63,144 nt of DNA, filler included, from 5 parts of 5 records of this genome joined end to end with filler, not necessarily neighbours in it; one strand, 5' to 3'. Numbered from the whole stretch's first letter, positions 12,807 to 22,770 are shown. The notes: a model not told the origin generated them from the letters alone. Numbers and translations are program-made.

Positions 12807-13724
12807 ATGAAATTTATGGAAAATACAAAAATAAACTTTATGGCATTTAAGAATGCTGGATTTACTATTTCTGGTATTATGGGAATAGGATCTATTGTAC
12901 TACTCTTACTAGGAATTAACCTTGGTATTGATTTTAAGGGCGGTACTATGATTGGGTTAAATTTTTCTAAGAACGTAGATATTGAAGAAGTCCGAACAGC
13001 TATGAGCGCTGTCGAATCAGATGGACAAATCATTGATTTGAGTGGGGAAGAAATTAAACATTTTGGAAGTACCGATGATGTAATGATTAAAGTAAAAATC
13101 AGAGACAATGAATCACCTGACTTTGCTCAACATATAGTTAACCATGTTTATAAAACTATGGGTGATAAAGTTCCAGAAGATAAAAATGATTTTATTCTTT
13201 CATTAGATTCTGTTAGTCCTAAAGTAGGTACTGAGCTAAGCGGAAAAGCGCTTTGGTCTATCCTATCTTCACTTGCATTAATTTTATTATATATTTCTAT
13301 TAGATTTGAATTCAAATTTGCTCTTGGTGCAATTTTAGCACTTGTGCATGATATTACAATCACGCTAGGAATTTTCTCACTAACTGGCTATGAAGTTACA
13401 TTGAGCACTGTAGCTGCATTCTTAACTATTGTTGGATATTCTTTAAATGATACTATTGTTATTCTTGATCGAATTAGAGAAAATATGAAATCTTCTGGTA
13501 CTGTATTACTAGAATCAACTATCAATAAAAGTATTAATCAATCACTGAGTAGAACTCTTATTACATCAATGACTACATTACTAGTGATTACTGTTTTACT
13601 AATGTATGGTGGAGCAACTATACGTCCCTTTGCATTTACTTTGCTTGTAGGAGTAATCATAGGAACATATTCAAGTATTTATGTTGCTAGTACGTTCTTA
13701 ACCACTCTGTATAAATCTAATTAA
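12807..13724 (+). CDS. secF: Protein translocase subunit SecF
   Basis: GIDFKGG, GYSLNDTIVILDRIRE. Confidence 0.96.
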   Translation: MKFMENTKINFMAFKNAGFTISGIMGIGSIVLLLLGINLGIDFKGGTMIGLNFSKNVDIEEVRTAMSAVESDGQIIDLSGEEIKHFGSTDDVMIKVKIRDNESPDFAQHIVNHVYKTMGDKVPEDKNDFILSLDSVSPKVGTELSGKALWSILSSLALILLYISIRFEFKFALGAILALVHDITITLGIFSLTGYEVTLSTVAAFLTIVGYSLNDTIVILDRIRENMKSSGTVLLESTINKSINQSLSRTLITSMTTLLVITVLLMYGGATIRPFAFTLLVGVIIGTYSSIYVASTFLTTLYKSN

Positions 13725-14605
13725 TGAATAATAAAATTCTTTTCCCTTTTATAGCATTATGCTTGATTTGGGGATCTACATGGTATTTTATTAAAATCTC
13801 TTTAAATGCAGGGGTCCCTCCTTTTTTTGGAGTAGGATTTAGATTTTTTCTATCAGGACTCTTATTCTTTTTAATTATTTTTTTCAGGAAAGAATCAATC
13901 CCCTTTAATAAACAAGCTATCAAATTATACTTATCGTTTGGGTTATTAAATTTTGCTCTTTCATATGGTATTACTTATTGGGCTACACAATACGTCTATT
14001 CAAGCATATCATCTATCTTGTGGGGATTATTTCCCTTATTTACTAGTGTAATGGCTCATTTCATGCTTTCAGGAGATGACAATGAAAAGCTAACTTCCAA
14101 TAAGCTAAAGGCGCTATTTCTAGGATTTATAGGTATGGTATTTATTGGATCTAATCAGTCTATTGATTTACAATCACAATCATTTCTTGCAATTATGGTG
14201 CTTGTAGGAGCTATTATTATTGCAGCATGGCCAAGTGTCCTATATAAGAAATATAATGACGTTGTGGGGCCATATCAAATGAATGCAGTGTGCCAAGTAT
14301 TAACAGGTGTTATCATGCTTTCATTATCGTCTTTACTGAAAGAAGATCTTGCTAAAATAGTTTGGACAGATCAATTATTATTTGCTAGTGCATATCTTGT
14401 CTTGTTTGGTGGAGTTATATCTTGGGGTATTTATTTTTGGCTTTATAAATATTTAAGTGTGACTCAGGTCACTTATGTTGCTATTTTTCCTCCAATTGTT
14501 GCTATTATTTTAGGTTGGATCTTTTTAAATGAAGTACTAAGCGCAAAAGAAATTATAGGTACAATTTTTATTTTAGGGAGCTCTGTACTTATATATAGGA
14601 AATAG
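13724..14605 (+). CDS. EamA/DMT family transporter
   Basis: IWGSTW start, about 10 hydrophobic helices, LGWIFLNE. Confidence 0.88.
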   Translation: MNNKILFPFIALCLIWGSTWYFIKISLNAGVPPFFGVGFRFFLSGLLFFLIIFFRKESIPFNKQAIKLYLSFGLLNFALSYGITYWATQYVYSSISSILWGLFPLFTSVMAHFMLSGDDNEKLTSNKLKALFLGFIGMVFIGSNQSIDLQSQSFLAIMVLVGAIIIAAWPSVLYKKYNDVVGPYQMNAVCQVLTGVIMLSLSSLLKEDLAKIVWTDQLLFASAYLVLFGGVISWGIYFWLYKYLSVTQVTYVAIFPPIVAIILGWIFLNEVLSAKEIIGTIFILGSSVLIYRK

Positions 14606-14634
14606 ATTAGAATTTTATATAAATTGATATCGAT

Positions 14635-15255
14635 ATGGGAAATAAAATAAAGAACTCATTTTTAGCTGGTTTAGCGATTACTATACCTATAGCACTGACA
14701 GTATATGTTCTTCAGGCTATTATTGCAATTACAATTGCATTAGGAGGGAAAGTATCAGAGCCTCTCAAGCAATTTGTAGATGTCGCATTCCCTGGCTTTA
14801 ATTTATTGAGCTCTATTATTGGATTAATTATTGTAATAATCTATTTAATTCTCATAGGTGCATTAGCTAGAAATGTAATCGGTAAAAGAATCGTTACATG
14901 GATTGAAGGAATTTTCAAGAATATTCCACTGGTTGGAATGATATATACCACAACAAAACAAATTATAGAATCTATTTCTGGTGGTGGAGCTCATTCTTTT
15001 GAAAAAGTGGTTTATATTGAATACCCAAGAAAAAATATATGGACTTTAGGATTTGTAACAAGTGAATCTACTAACAAAGCAAATGAAGAATTCTACCATC
15101 TATTTGTTCCTACAACCCCCAACCCTACTTCTGGGTTCTTCTTGATTGTTCCTAAAGAAGAAACATCGGATGCTGGAGTAGATGTAGAAGAAGGATTTAG
15201 AATGATTGTATCGAGTGGGATTGTTTCAAGTAAGAAAAATTCAATTATTAAATAA
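14635..15255 (+). CDS. DUF502 family membrane protein
   Basis: EYPRK and FVPTTPNPTSGF motifs. Confidence 0.9.
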   Translation: MGNKIKNSFLAGLAITIPIALTVYVLQAIIAITIALGGKVSEPLKQFVDVAFPGFNLLSSIIGLIIVIIYLILIGALARNVIGKRIVTWIEGIFKNIPLVGMIYTTTKQIIESISGGGAHSFEKVVYIEYPRKNIWTLGFVTSESTNKANEEFYHLFVPTTPNPTSGFFLIVPKEETSDAGVDVEEGFRMIVSSGIVSSKKNSIIK

Positions 15256-15286
15256 AAAAGGAGCAATTAATGCTCCTTCTTTATTT
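15250..15286. terminator. Bidirectional intrinsic terminator
   Basis: AAGGAGCA-attaa-TGCTCCTT stem with A/T tails between convergent genes. Confidence 0.8.
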
Positions 15287-15313
15287 AAATATCTAAAAAA
15301 TAAAAGTTAAAAT

Positions 15314-15541
15314 TTAACCTCTACCTCTAGCCATAGGTGCGCGTGATACATCTCCGTCTTTATCGATGAAGTATAAGAATCCGCTTTCACGTGTAACGCC
15401 TGCATCAGCAACTTTTTCTGCATTTCCGCCGCCAGATCCGCCTCGTGACATACCTGAACGCCATACATTACCATCTTTACCTAAGTAATATAAAAATCCT
15501 TTTTCTTTACTAACGCCTGTTGTTTTTACTTTTTCAGCCAT
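15314..15541 (-). CDS. Small basic protein made of two ~35-aa repeats, function unknown
   Basis: AAGGAG SD; repeats AEKV..GV.KEKGFLYYLGKDGNVWRSGMSRG and AEKV..GV.RESGFLYFIDKDGDVSRAPMARG. Confidence 0.85.
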   Translation of the reverse strand: MAEKVKTTGVSKEKGFLYYLGKDGNVWRSGMSRGGSGGGNAEKVADAGVTRESGFLYFIDKDGDVSRAPMARGRG

Positions 15542-15708
15542 GATTTTCTCCTTGAAAATTTAATTGAAAATATTTTTTTTATTGTAATCTCCTCAATACT
15601 ACAGCTAAAGTTGAATTATTGCAAGAAATTTCTCCGACGAGACCTCCTCGATAAATAAATACAAAAAAGGTCTTTAAATATTTTTTTAATTAACTAAATT
15701 CTCTGCAT

Positions 15709-15769
15709 GCCCCGGTAGCTCAGCTGGATAGAGCAACGGATTTCTAATCCGTAGGTCACAGGTTCAAAT
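15709..15769 (+). tRNA. tRNA-Arg(TCT), truncated in the T-loop by the contig end
   Basis: GCCCCGG TA GCTC-D loop-GAGC, anticodon arm ACGGA-TTTCTAA-TCCGT, then GGTTCAAAT. Confidence 0.92.
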
Positions 15770-15869
15770 NNNNNNNNNNNNNNNNNNNNNNNNNNNNNNN
15801 NNNNNNNNNNNNNTTAATTAATTAANNNNNNNNNNNNNNNNNNNNNNNNNNNNNNNNNNNNNNNNNNNN
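15770..15869. other. Artificial contig spacer
   Basis: N44-TTAATTAATTAA-N44; base composition changes abruptly across it. Confidence 0.98.
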
Positions 15870-15949
15870 CTCGATCTCCTCGATCTCCTCGATCTCCTCC
15901 TCGACCTCGACCTCGACCTCTGGGGCCTCACTGACCCGCTCGTTGACAG
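15870..15949 (+). other. 3' part of a spliceosomal intron with low-complexity repeats
   Basis: CTCGATCTC/CTCGAC repeats, branch-like CTGAC at 15931-15935, CAG acceptor ending 15949; the next exon is in frame with SBE. Confidence 0.65.
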
Positions 15950-18007
15950 ACGCTACACACGATCGAGATGTACGCGGGCTCGCTGTCGTCCTTCGCAGAC
16001 TCGTTCAACAAAGAGTATGGCTTCATCCGCGAACAAGGCGCGACCCTATACAAGGAGTGGGCACCTGGGGCGATCGGCGCGCAGCTGATTGGCGACTTCA
16101 ACGGTTGGGAGGGCTGGGACATGCAGCGGGACGACTTTGGTGTCTGGTCGGTCAGGGTGCCGGACGTCGACGGCAAGCCGGGGATCCCGCACGGTAGCCG
16201 GGTGAAAATACGGCTGCAGCATCCGGGAGGGTGGTGGTTGGATCGGATTCCCGCGTGGATCACCTGGGCGACGGTCGAGGCAGGCAAGATGGGCGCAAAG
16301 TACGATGGCATCTACTGGAATCCGGCCAAAGGCGAGCGGCACGTATGGAAGAACAAACGCCCGGGACGGATGGATCCCGCCAGCGAGTCTCTGAAGATTT
16401 ACGAGGCGCACGTGGGCATGTCGTCGCCGGACGAGCAGGTGGCTTCGTACCGTTACTTTGCCGACCACGTGATCCCACGCATCAAAAAAGGCGGCTACAA
16501 CGCCGTCCAGCTGATGGCCATTCAGGAGCACGCATACTATGCGTCGTTCGGGTATCATGTGACGAACCCGTTTGCGGTGAGTTCAAGGTCCGGGACGCCC
16601 GAGGACCTCAAGTACCTCGTCGACAAGGCGCACGAGCATGGCATCCGCGTGCTCCTGGATATCGTACACTCGCACATGTCCAGCAACGCAGACGATGGAA
16701 TCGCCGGGTTTGACTTTGGCCAGGGCCTCGGCGAGAATTACTTTTTGCAGGGAGAGGCCGGCTACCACCGCCAGTGGGACTCCAGGCTCCTGGACTACAG
16801 CTGCTACGAGACGCTGCGCTACTTGTTGTCCAACGTCCGCTACTGGTTGGACGAGTATCAGTTTGACGGTTTCCGGTTTGACGGCGTGACGAGCATGTTG
16901 TACCACCATCACGGGATCGACGTCGGGTTCACCGGAGACTACAACGAGTACTTCTCCATGTCCACCAACATCGACGCCATCGTCTACCTCATGCTGGCCA
17001 ACAAGCTCACGCATGACCTTGTGCCCTCGGCACTGACCATCGCCGAGGACGTGTCGGGCATGCCAGGCCTGTGCAGGACGACCGATGTTGGCGGGGTCGG
17101 CTTTGACTATCGGCTGGGGATGGGCCTGCCCGACTTTTGGATCAGGTACCTGAAGCACGTTCGCGACGAGGACTGGAAAATGTCGGAAATTGTCAACGCG
17201 CTGTGCAACCGGCGATACACGGAAAAGACGGTCGGGTACGCCGAGTCGCACGACCAGGCGCTCGTGGGCGACCAGACGATCGCCTTTCGGCTGATGGGCG
17301 CCGAGATGTACGATGGCATGAGCTCGCTGAACGAGCCGTCTGAGGTTATTATCAGGGGCATGGCGCTCCACAAGATGATTCGCCTCGTGACGATGGCCCT
17401 TGGCGGCGAGGCGTACCTGAACTTTATGGGAAACGAGATGGGGCACCCCGAGTGGATCGACTTCCCGCGCGAGGGCAACGACTGGAGCTACAAGTACTGC
17501 CGCAGACAGTGGAATTTGGCTGACGAGGGTCATCTCAGGTACACTGAGCTCTTGGAGTTTGATGAGGACTGCATGAAACTCGATGGCACGTACGGCTTTG
17601 TCTCGAGCCCGACGCAGTGGGTGACGATGATGGACGATCGCCGACAGATTCTGGTGGCCGAGAGAGGTCCGCTGGTGTTTGTCTTCAACTTCAACCCCTT
17701 CGAGGACTTTGATGGCCTGAAGGTGCCGGTGCCTGAGCCCGGCAAGTACAAGATCGTGCTGGACGCGGACAAGCGGTTCGCCTCCCGGGTCGGCTGGGAT
17801 GCCGAGCACTTCTCGTCTCCCGTCGAGGACGAGGCGTTCGGCGGCTACGAGCGCGGCCAGTACATCAAGGTTTTGGCCCCCAGACGCAGCGCAACGGTGT
17901 TTGTGAAGGACGAGGAGAAGAAACAGGCGCCAGAGAAGGCCAGGGACCACCCAAAGGTGGCCAAGGGCACGACAAAGGAGCGCACGCAAGCGACCAACCA
18001 GTCATAA
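15950..18007 (+). CDS. SBE1: Starch branching enzyme, SBE1-type (GH13); last exon, 5' exon(s) missing
   Basis: IYEAHVGMSS, SFGYHVTN, DGFRFDGVTSMLY, IAEDVSG, YAESHDQ; frame extends TLHTIE upstream of the Met at 15968 to the acceptor. Confidence 0.93.
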   Translation, partial: TLHTIEMYAGSLSSFADSFNKEYGFIREQGATLYKEWAPGAIGAQLIGDFNGWEGWDMQRDDFGVWSVRVPDVDGKPGIPHGSRVKIRLQHPGGWWLDRIPAWITWATVEAGKMGAKYDGIYWNPAKGERHVWKNKRPGRMDPASESLKIYEAHVGMSSPDEQVASYRYFADHVIPRIKKGGYNAVQLMAIQEHAYYASFGYHVTNPFAVSSRSGTPEDLKYLVDKAHEHGIRVLLDIVHSHMSSNADDGIAGFDFGQGLGENYFLQGEAGYHRQWDSRLLDYSCYETLRYLLSNVRYWLDEYQFDGFRFDGVTSMLYHHHGIDVGFTGDYNEYFSMSTNIDAIVYLMLANKLTHDLVPSALTIAEDVSGMPGLCRTTDVGGVGFDYRLGMGLPDFWIRYLKHVRDEDWKMSEIVNALCNRRYTEKTVGYAESHDQALVGDQTIAFRLMGAEMYDGMSSLNEPSEVIIRGMALHKMIRLVTMALGGEAYLNFMGNEMGHPEWIDFPREGNDWSYKYCRRQWNLADEGHLRYTELLEFDEDCMKLDGTYGFVSSPTQWVTMMDDRRQILVAERGPLVFVFNFNPFEDFDGLKVPVPEPGKYKIVLDADKRFASRVGWDAEHFSSPVEDEAFGGYERGQYIKVLAPRRSATVFVKDEEKKQAPEKARDHPKVAKGTTKERTQATNQS

Positions 18008-18027
18008 CCAGTCATAACCAGCCTTCA

Positions 18028-18037
18028 TGTAATTACA
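18028..18037. promoter_or_regulatory. Palindromic TGTAATTACA giving a chlorophyte TGTAA poly(A) signal on both strands
   Basis: Lies in the 49-nt gap between the convergent SBE and COQ10 stops. Confidence 0.6.
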
Positions 18038-18056
18038 CTTCTCTGCGACCCGATTC

Positions 18057-18647
18057 CTAGCGCGACGCGCGTGCGCGTGCCTCCTCCGTGAAGGCATCCA
18101 TCATCTTCTTCACCACGTCTTCCAAAAACACGCTGGCCAGGTTCTGATATGCGGGGTTCCGAAAACCAAATTCCACAGAAAAGTCGATGAATAGACTGTT
18201 GGACGTCACCCCGGGGCTCAACCGCCACGTGCTCGTCAGATGCGAGAACAGCCGGCTGTCCTCTGTGCGGGTCTTGACCATCGTGCACGGCACCATGTCA
18301 ACCTTGGACGTGTACGACTCCGTGACCAGACCCAAGAACCCCACCTCCAGCTCCGCCTCTTTGTACGAGTCGTCTCGAGCTCGCTCCGGCCACTCGGTCG
18401 ATCTCGTCACGTACGGCACAAACGTGCTGTACGAGTTGACGTCGGCAATCACCCGAAACATCTCCTCTTGGGTCGTGCCCGTGATCAGCTTCCTCTCCTC
18501 CCACTCGATGCCCGAAGACGTCGAATCCTGCTGGTCCGAAGATGCCGGCGAAAAAAAGCCGGCCGACGTGACCAGGTGCAGTCCGGACTGGCCCGGGAAT
18601 CGGCCAACGACGTTCAACCAGCAGCGACGCCCCAGGGCCTGCGCCAT
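18057..18647 (-). CDS. COQ10: Coenzyme Q-binding protein COQ10 (START/polyketide cyclase fold) with transit-like N-terminus
   Basis: MFRVIADVNSYSTFVPY, AELEVGF, ESYTSKV, LFSHLTSTW, AFTEEA. Confidence 0.88.
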   Translation of the reverse strand: MAQALGRRCWLNVVGRFPGQSGLHLVTSAGFFSPASSDQQDSTSSGIEWEERKLITGTTQEEMFRVIADVNSYSTFVPYVTRSTEWPERARDDSYKEAELEVGFLGLVTESYTSKVDMVPCTMVKTRTEDSRLFSHLTSTWRLSPGVTSNSLFIDFSVEFGFRNPAYQNLASVFLEDVVKKMMDAFTEEARARASR

Positions 18648-18938
18648 GCCTGCTATTCGACTGAGCTATGAACTATGCTGCACACACACACACACAAAAC
18701 GAAAACCAGGTGGTCGGTCGCCGGCGTTTCTACCGCCCGTTGGCCATCACGCGCGGGCCGAGCTCTCTCCCGTCACGCACCACGCCACCCGAGCGCCCCT
18801 GTCCGAAAATCGCGACCTCGGTATAGAAGCACAAACGTATTTATTTTCGAATCAACCCGAACACCCCCGAGGCGCGGCCGTGGGCAAAATCTACCACGAA
18901 ACGACATCCCCGAGGGTGGGTCGCTGGCCAGCGACCCC

Positions 18939-19745
18939 ATGGCGTCCTCGGAGGTCATGGACCGTCTTTCGGTGCGACGTCTGGCCAGGTTTTTTCATTC
19001 CCACACCGAACACCGAACACGGAACACGGAACACGGAACACCCCACGTTCCCACACGGACGCGACTGGTACCACCGGTGGAGACCATGCCGATACACGTC
19101 CCAGACATCCACGAGCCGACCAAGCCCAACCCCGGCCTCGTTGCCATCATGAACGCTCGGGTCAGGGAGGAGGCCCTGTCTTCCATGATGAAACACGTCC
19201 GGGACCAGGCAGGAATGATGAACCGTATTCACTGGGAGGAGCGGACGGAACAGGCAGAGGACGCCCTGGCCAACGCCGACGGGCGGTCGGGGGTGGCGAG
19301 GCCCAACCCGCGTGCCGGCCAGGGGGTCCGGGACAGCCTGACCGAGTGCCCCGAGGCCCTCGAGACGAGGTTCGTTCGCTGCGCGCTGTCTGAGGTCGTC
19401 GAGGAAATCAGAATCGAGGATGCCAACAGGAAAGCGCTGATCGAACAGCGACGGGAGGGCGCCAGGGTGCGGTGCCGGGAGGCAGCGAGGCAGGCCGAGA
19501 CGGCCCGCGCAGAGGCGGACGCGGAGCGGGTCCGCAGGCGGAGCTACGCCGTGAAATCTATGGACAAACTCGGCGGCGCCGCGTTCGACGGTGGGAGCGA
19601 CGGTGGGAGCCAGGGTGGGAGCGAGAATGGCGCGAAGCGGAGCGGGGGTCTAGCCACACGCCATGCCGGGTCGAGGTCGTCCACCGCGGGAGACCACTTT
19701 CTCGCCATGGCCGCCGCCAGACGCTCCCCCAGTGACGCCCACTGA
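18939..19745 (+). CDS. Hypothetical coiled-coil protein; start and intron structure uncertain
   Basis: Coding-like, E/R-rich frame from about 19086 to 19745; possible first exon from ATG 18939 with a GTGCGA donor. Confidence 0.5.
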   Translation: MASSEVMDRLSVRRLARFFHSHTEHRTRNTEHGTPHVPTRTRLVPPVETMPIHVPDIHEPTKPNPGLVAIMNARVREEALSSMMKHVRDQAGMMNRIHWEERTEQAEDALANADGRSGVARPNPRAGQGVRDSLTECPEALETRFVRCALSEVVEEIRIEDANRKALIEQRREGARVRCREAARQAETARAEADAERVRRRSYAVKSMDKLGGAAFDGGSDGGSQGGSENGAKRSGGLATRHAGSRSSTAGDHFLAMAAARRSPSDAH

Positions 19746-19840
19746 CGTGGCTTTCATCCATCCATGTATTCATCCATGCATGTATTCATTCAGATATCCT
19801 CGTATTACAACCTCCGAAATAAGTTAAGCGTCGCGCACGA

Positions 19841-20623
19841 TCACGCCGTGGTCTGGAAACCGTTCTTGGCCTTCCTCTGCACAACCTTGAGATACCTCAT
19901 ACGTCCGGTTCCGGTGGTCTTCCTCCTAATAGCCTTGACAGACCAGTTATACTTCCTGATCTTCGAGGCCGGGTATCCGCACGACGAGCAGGTCGTCTTC
20001 TGCTTGTGGAAAGACCTCTTACCACAGCGCCTGCAGAGCGTGTGAGTCTTGGTATGGCGAAGTCCTGCAGTGCGGAAAAGGGACGACGCGAGTAAGTACG
20101 TGCCACGAGCGAGTCGGAGGAAGAAGCACCAGCCAATGCCCAAGCGCAAGCGCAAGCGCTTGCGCAAGCGCGCCACGGGCGCCCGAAGAAGAACTCCTCG
20201 ACAAGAACGCCCGATGGGGTCGTCGCCGAGGCCAAATCCAGCCCCGACCGACCCCGGGGATTTCCCGGCGCGCTTCCCGCACAAGCCGCGATGAATATAT
20301 TCATACGGCGATGGCCGCAAAGCCAAGGGGAAACAGCGGCAGCAGACGGCAAAACACGTGCGCAGCCATTCCCAATTCAGCGACTCGCCCGCGCACCGGC
20401 GAATCACGCCGGTGCGCGACCAGCGGACCAGGTCGCAGGGCAAACAAATGAATTCCTCCATTTGATACGCGGAACTCCGCGCCCGCCCACCGCCAGGTCC
20501 GTCGAGTCTCGGCCGAAAGGGATTCTGCCGCAGGCATTGTCCGGCGCCGTCTGCGCGACATCAACACGACTGCGCGACTCAAAACGTGCCAAAGCTTCCC
20601 GTTCCCTTGCCGCACTTTCCCAT
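19841..20623 (-). CDS. RPL37: 60S ribosomal protein L37 (exons 20623-20590 and 20064-19841, 85 aa)
   Basis: Spliced product [43 protein letters not shown]...[12 protein letters not shown]4 zinc finger. Confidence 0.95.
20065..20589 (-). other. 525-nt GC-AG intron of RPL37
   Basis: Donor G|GCACGT, pyrimidine tract, CTGCAG acceptor; this junction restores the frame and the GTGSFG-x4-KTH spacing. Confidence 0.8.
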
Positions 20624-21283
20624 ATTGTATTGGTAGCGATAGTGACTAAAAAGTGCCCGCCGAGGCGAGGAGAATTCTCACCTCTCCTCAGTTCTCGAGT
20701 CGCTGTCTGGGGGACGCGGGGGGACGCGGGCGGGTGGGGAGAGATCGTGGTTCGCCGGTGAAGGCTACGGATGGGGAGAAGGGCGGATGATGATGCTGCA
20801 GGGCCACGTTCACCTCCGGGATTGGTGGACAGGGGAGCAGCGTGTCGTGTTCCGTGGTCCGTGCTCCGTGGTCCGTGGTCTGTCGTCCGGCATGGCTGCT
20901 GCGGTTTCGGTGGCCCCGTTGTTTCAAAACGGCCCGGCCGAGGACGATTGGACGGGCGCCGTCGTCTCCATCGATGGTGTGCTGTCGTGGCTGTTGGCAC
21001 AGCCACGACAGCCACGACAGCCACCACAGCCACCACCACAGCATACCACCACAGCCTGTGCCCCAGAGCCCGGTGCCTCGCGAGCTGCTTGATCCGTCGG
21101 ACCGCTCGTTCGTCACGTATTCATGGAATTTCTTCATCCGAGAAATCACCTCAGGCAACGAACACAAGAAATACAGCATCCGAGCGTCGGAGAACTCGGC
21201 CGCAGCCCTGCAGAAAAATACGTTCCACCGAACGAATTCGCAACGAGATCGACCCACCGAGAGCGACGCGCTTCGTCCCGATC

Positions 21284-22732
21284 ATGTCCTCCCATCAGAG
21301 CGACTTGCGACAGCAGCTGGATGAAGCAAGGGCGAATGCCCTGCGTCTCAAGAACGAGCACAGGGCCCACCTGCATGTCGTCGCGACGTCACCAACAAAG
21401 CGAGGCAACACGGGGCGCGTGCTGGCAAAGGAGGCAAAGGAGGCAAAGGAGGCGAGGCCTCAGGCAGCCATTTCAGCCTCTGTAATGGCAGGCTCGGCAC
21501 GTAAGTCTCGTATTCCGGCGTACAGGCCCCCCACGGCCGACGAGGATCTGCCAGAGTCGGAAGAGATCCGTGCCTCGCATACCGTCGATGAGGAAGAAGA
21601 GGCGGAGGCTGTCGTTGGACTCTCGGAATCCAAGCAGGCCAGTCACGAGGAATCTCACGTGGAACGTGTTTCCATGGGGCCGATGGTGCCGGTGGACGTC
21701 TTGAACACCCCGCTCTTCCTGACCACCAAGAAGAACGTGATGCATTGTGAGCTCGACGAGCCAGGGAAGGACATTCCTTTCCCGAAAAATCAGATGAAAC
21801 GGGGATTCTTCAGAAGCCTGTTTGGGTGCTTCCACCGGCCGTCAATCTACTCACCGCCCCGCGTCACGAGTCACAGGCCGCGGCCACCCTCGAGCGGCAT
21901 GGTCCCCAAGATGCTGTCATTGGAGAAGGAAGTTGCTCCACTCCGTTCCAGCTTGGTCGTAGAAAAGGAGAGCGGCGGTACGATACACGAGGCGATGCAG
22001 CACACAGAGCAAACCTCACTCGCACTGGCGGGCATGCATCACGAGGCGGTGACCATTGATGAGGGGATGATGACCATCCCAACGATCGGTGATATCCGTG
22101 ATATCCGTGATATTGGGGATACCGGTTGTACGGAGGCAAGGCGAGGGGCCACGTACAGCAATCGGCTCTTGAAGCAGCAGGAGGCGGCTGGTACAAGGAT
22201 TCCTCTGCCGACCAGCGCCATGGCGAGGAGCCGCTCGCAGAGCCCGGTCAGGCAACGGGCCGGTACGACGCATTCTGGCCGATCTTCAGCTCAGACATCT
22301 CCCATCAGGATGACCAAGGCGCAGAGGCTTCGCGAACAGGCCAACTTGAAGAAGATTGAGGAGCGGAACGTCGCAGAGAGCGCCCACTTCCAGGCAATGC
22401 CCAAGGGGGTCCGCCGTTCCTTCCTGCCGCAGCTCCAAGACTCTTTGAACGCATCAAACTTTGATGCGGCAAAACGGGACAGCATCGTAACGGCCGCCGC
22501 CAAGGTGCTGGCTACGGAGCACGCAGTCACGTCACCCGTCGCATCACCCGTCGCGTCCGTCGCCGCGTCCGAACGAAACCCGATGGACCACGCGAGCCTG
22601 ATGTCGTACTCCTTCTCCGACGACCCGTTCTACCGCGAGCTCGCCAAGATTGACCACAGCCTGACCCCGGATGACCTGGAGAAGTTGAGGGGCGTCCTTG
22701 CTGCGAGCAACCACCTCGAGATGTGGAAGTGA
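21284..22732 (+). CDS. Hypothetical low-complexity protein (482 aa)
   Basis: Long open frame from MSSHQSDLRQQL; TGTAA at 22738 just after the stop; upstream ORF extension looks non-coding. Confidence 0.6.
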   Translation: MSSHQSDLRQQLDEARANALRLKNEHRAHLHVVATSPTKRGNTGRVLAKEAKEAKEARPQAAISASVMAGSARKSRIPAYRPPTADEDLPESEEIRASHTVDEEEEAEAVVGLSESKQASHEESHVERVSMGPMVPVDVLNTPLFLTTKKNVMHCELDEPGKDIPFPKNQMKRGFFRSLFGCFHRPSIYSPPRVTSHRPRPPSSGMVPKMLSLEKEVAPLRSSLVVEKESGGTIHEAMQHTEQTSLALAGMHHEAVTIDEGMMTIPTIGDIRDIRDIGDTGCTEARRGATYSNRLLKQQEAAGTRIPLPTSAMARSRSQSPVRQRAGTTHSGRSSAQTSPIRMTKAQRLREQANLKKIEERNVAESAHFQAMPKGVRRSFLPQLQDSLNASNFDAAKRDSIVTAAAKVLATEHAVTSPVASPVASVAASERNPMDHASLMSYSFSDDPFYRELAKIDHSLTPDDLEKLRGVLAASNHLEMWK

Positions 22733-22770
22733 TGCCTGTAAACAGTAACGAGTATAAAGGAATTGAAGTG

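Noticed and set aside
15383-15398. parS-like CGTTACACGTGAAAGC (minus strand) about 6.7 kb from parAB
   Set aside because: One arm mismatches the TGTTNCACGTGAAACA consensus, it is a single copy, and it is explained by the codons for V-T-R-E-S.
16583-17989. 468-aa antisense ORF and the many other overlapping ORFs in 15928-25136
   Set aside because: Shadow frames of GC-rich coding sequence with no recognisable motifs.
20240-20270. GGGAAATCCCCGG (minus strand) resembling the RNase MRP CR-I box
   Set aside because: It lacks the conserved G, and the GGGGCT partner lies only about 10 nt away, so it forms a local hairpin rather than P4.
20065-20461. N-terminal part of the 206-aa ORF as an extended L37
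   Set aside because: It is intron sequence; the real first exon is 20623-20590.
20771-21283. N-terminal extension of the 653-aa ORF
   Set aside because: Microsatellite-rich region between divergent genes; the coding-like sequence begins at ATG 21284.
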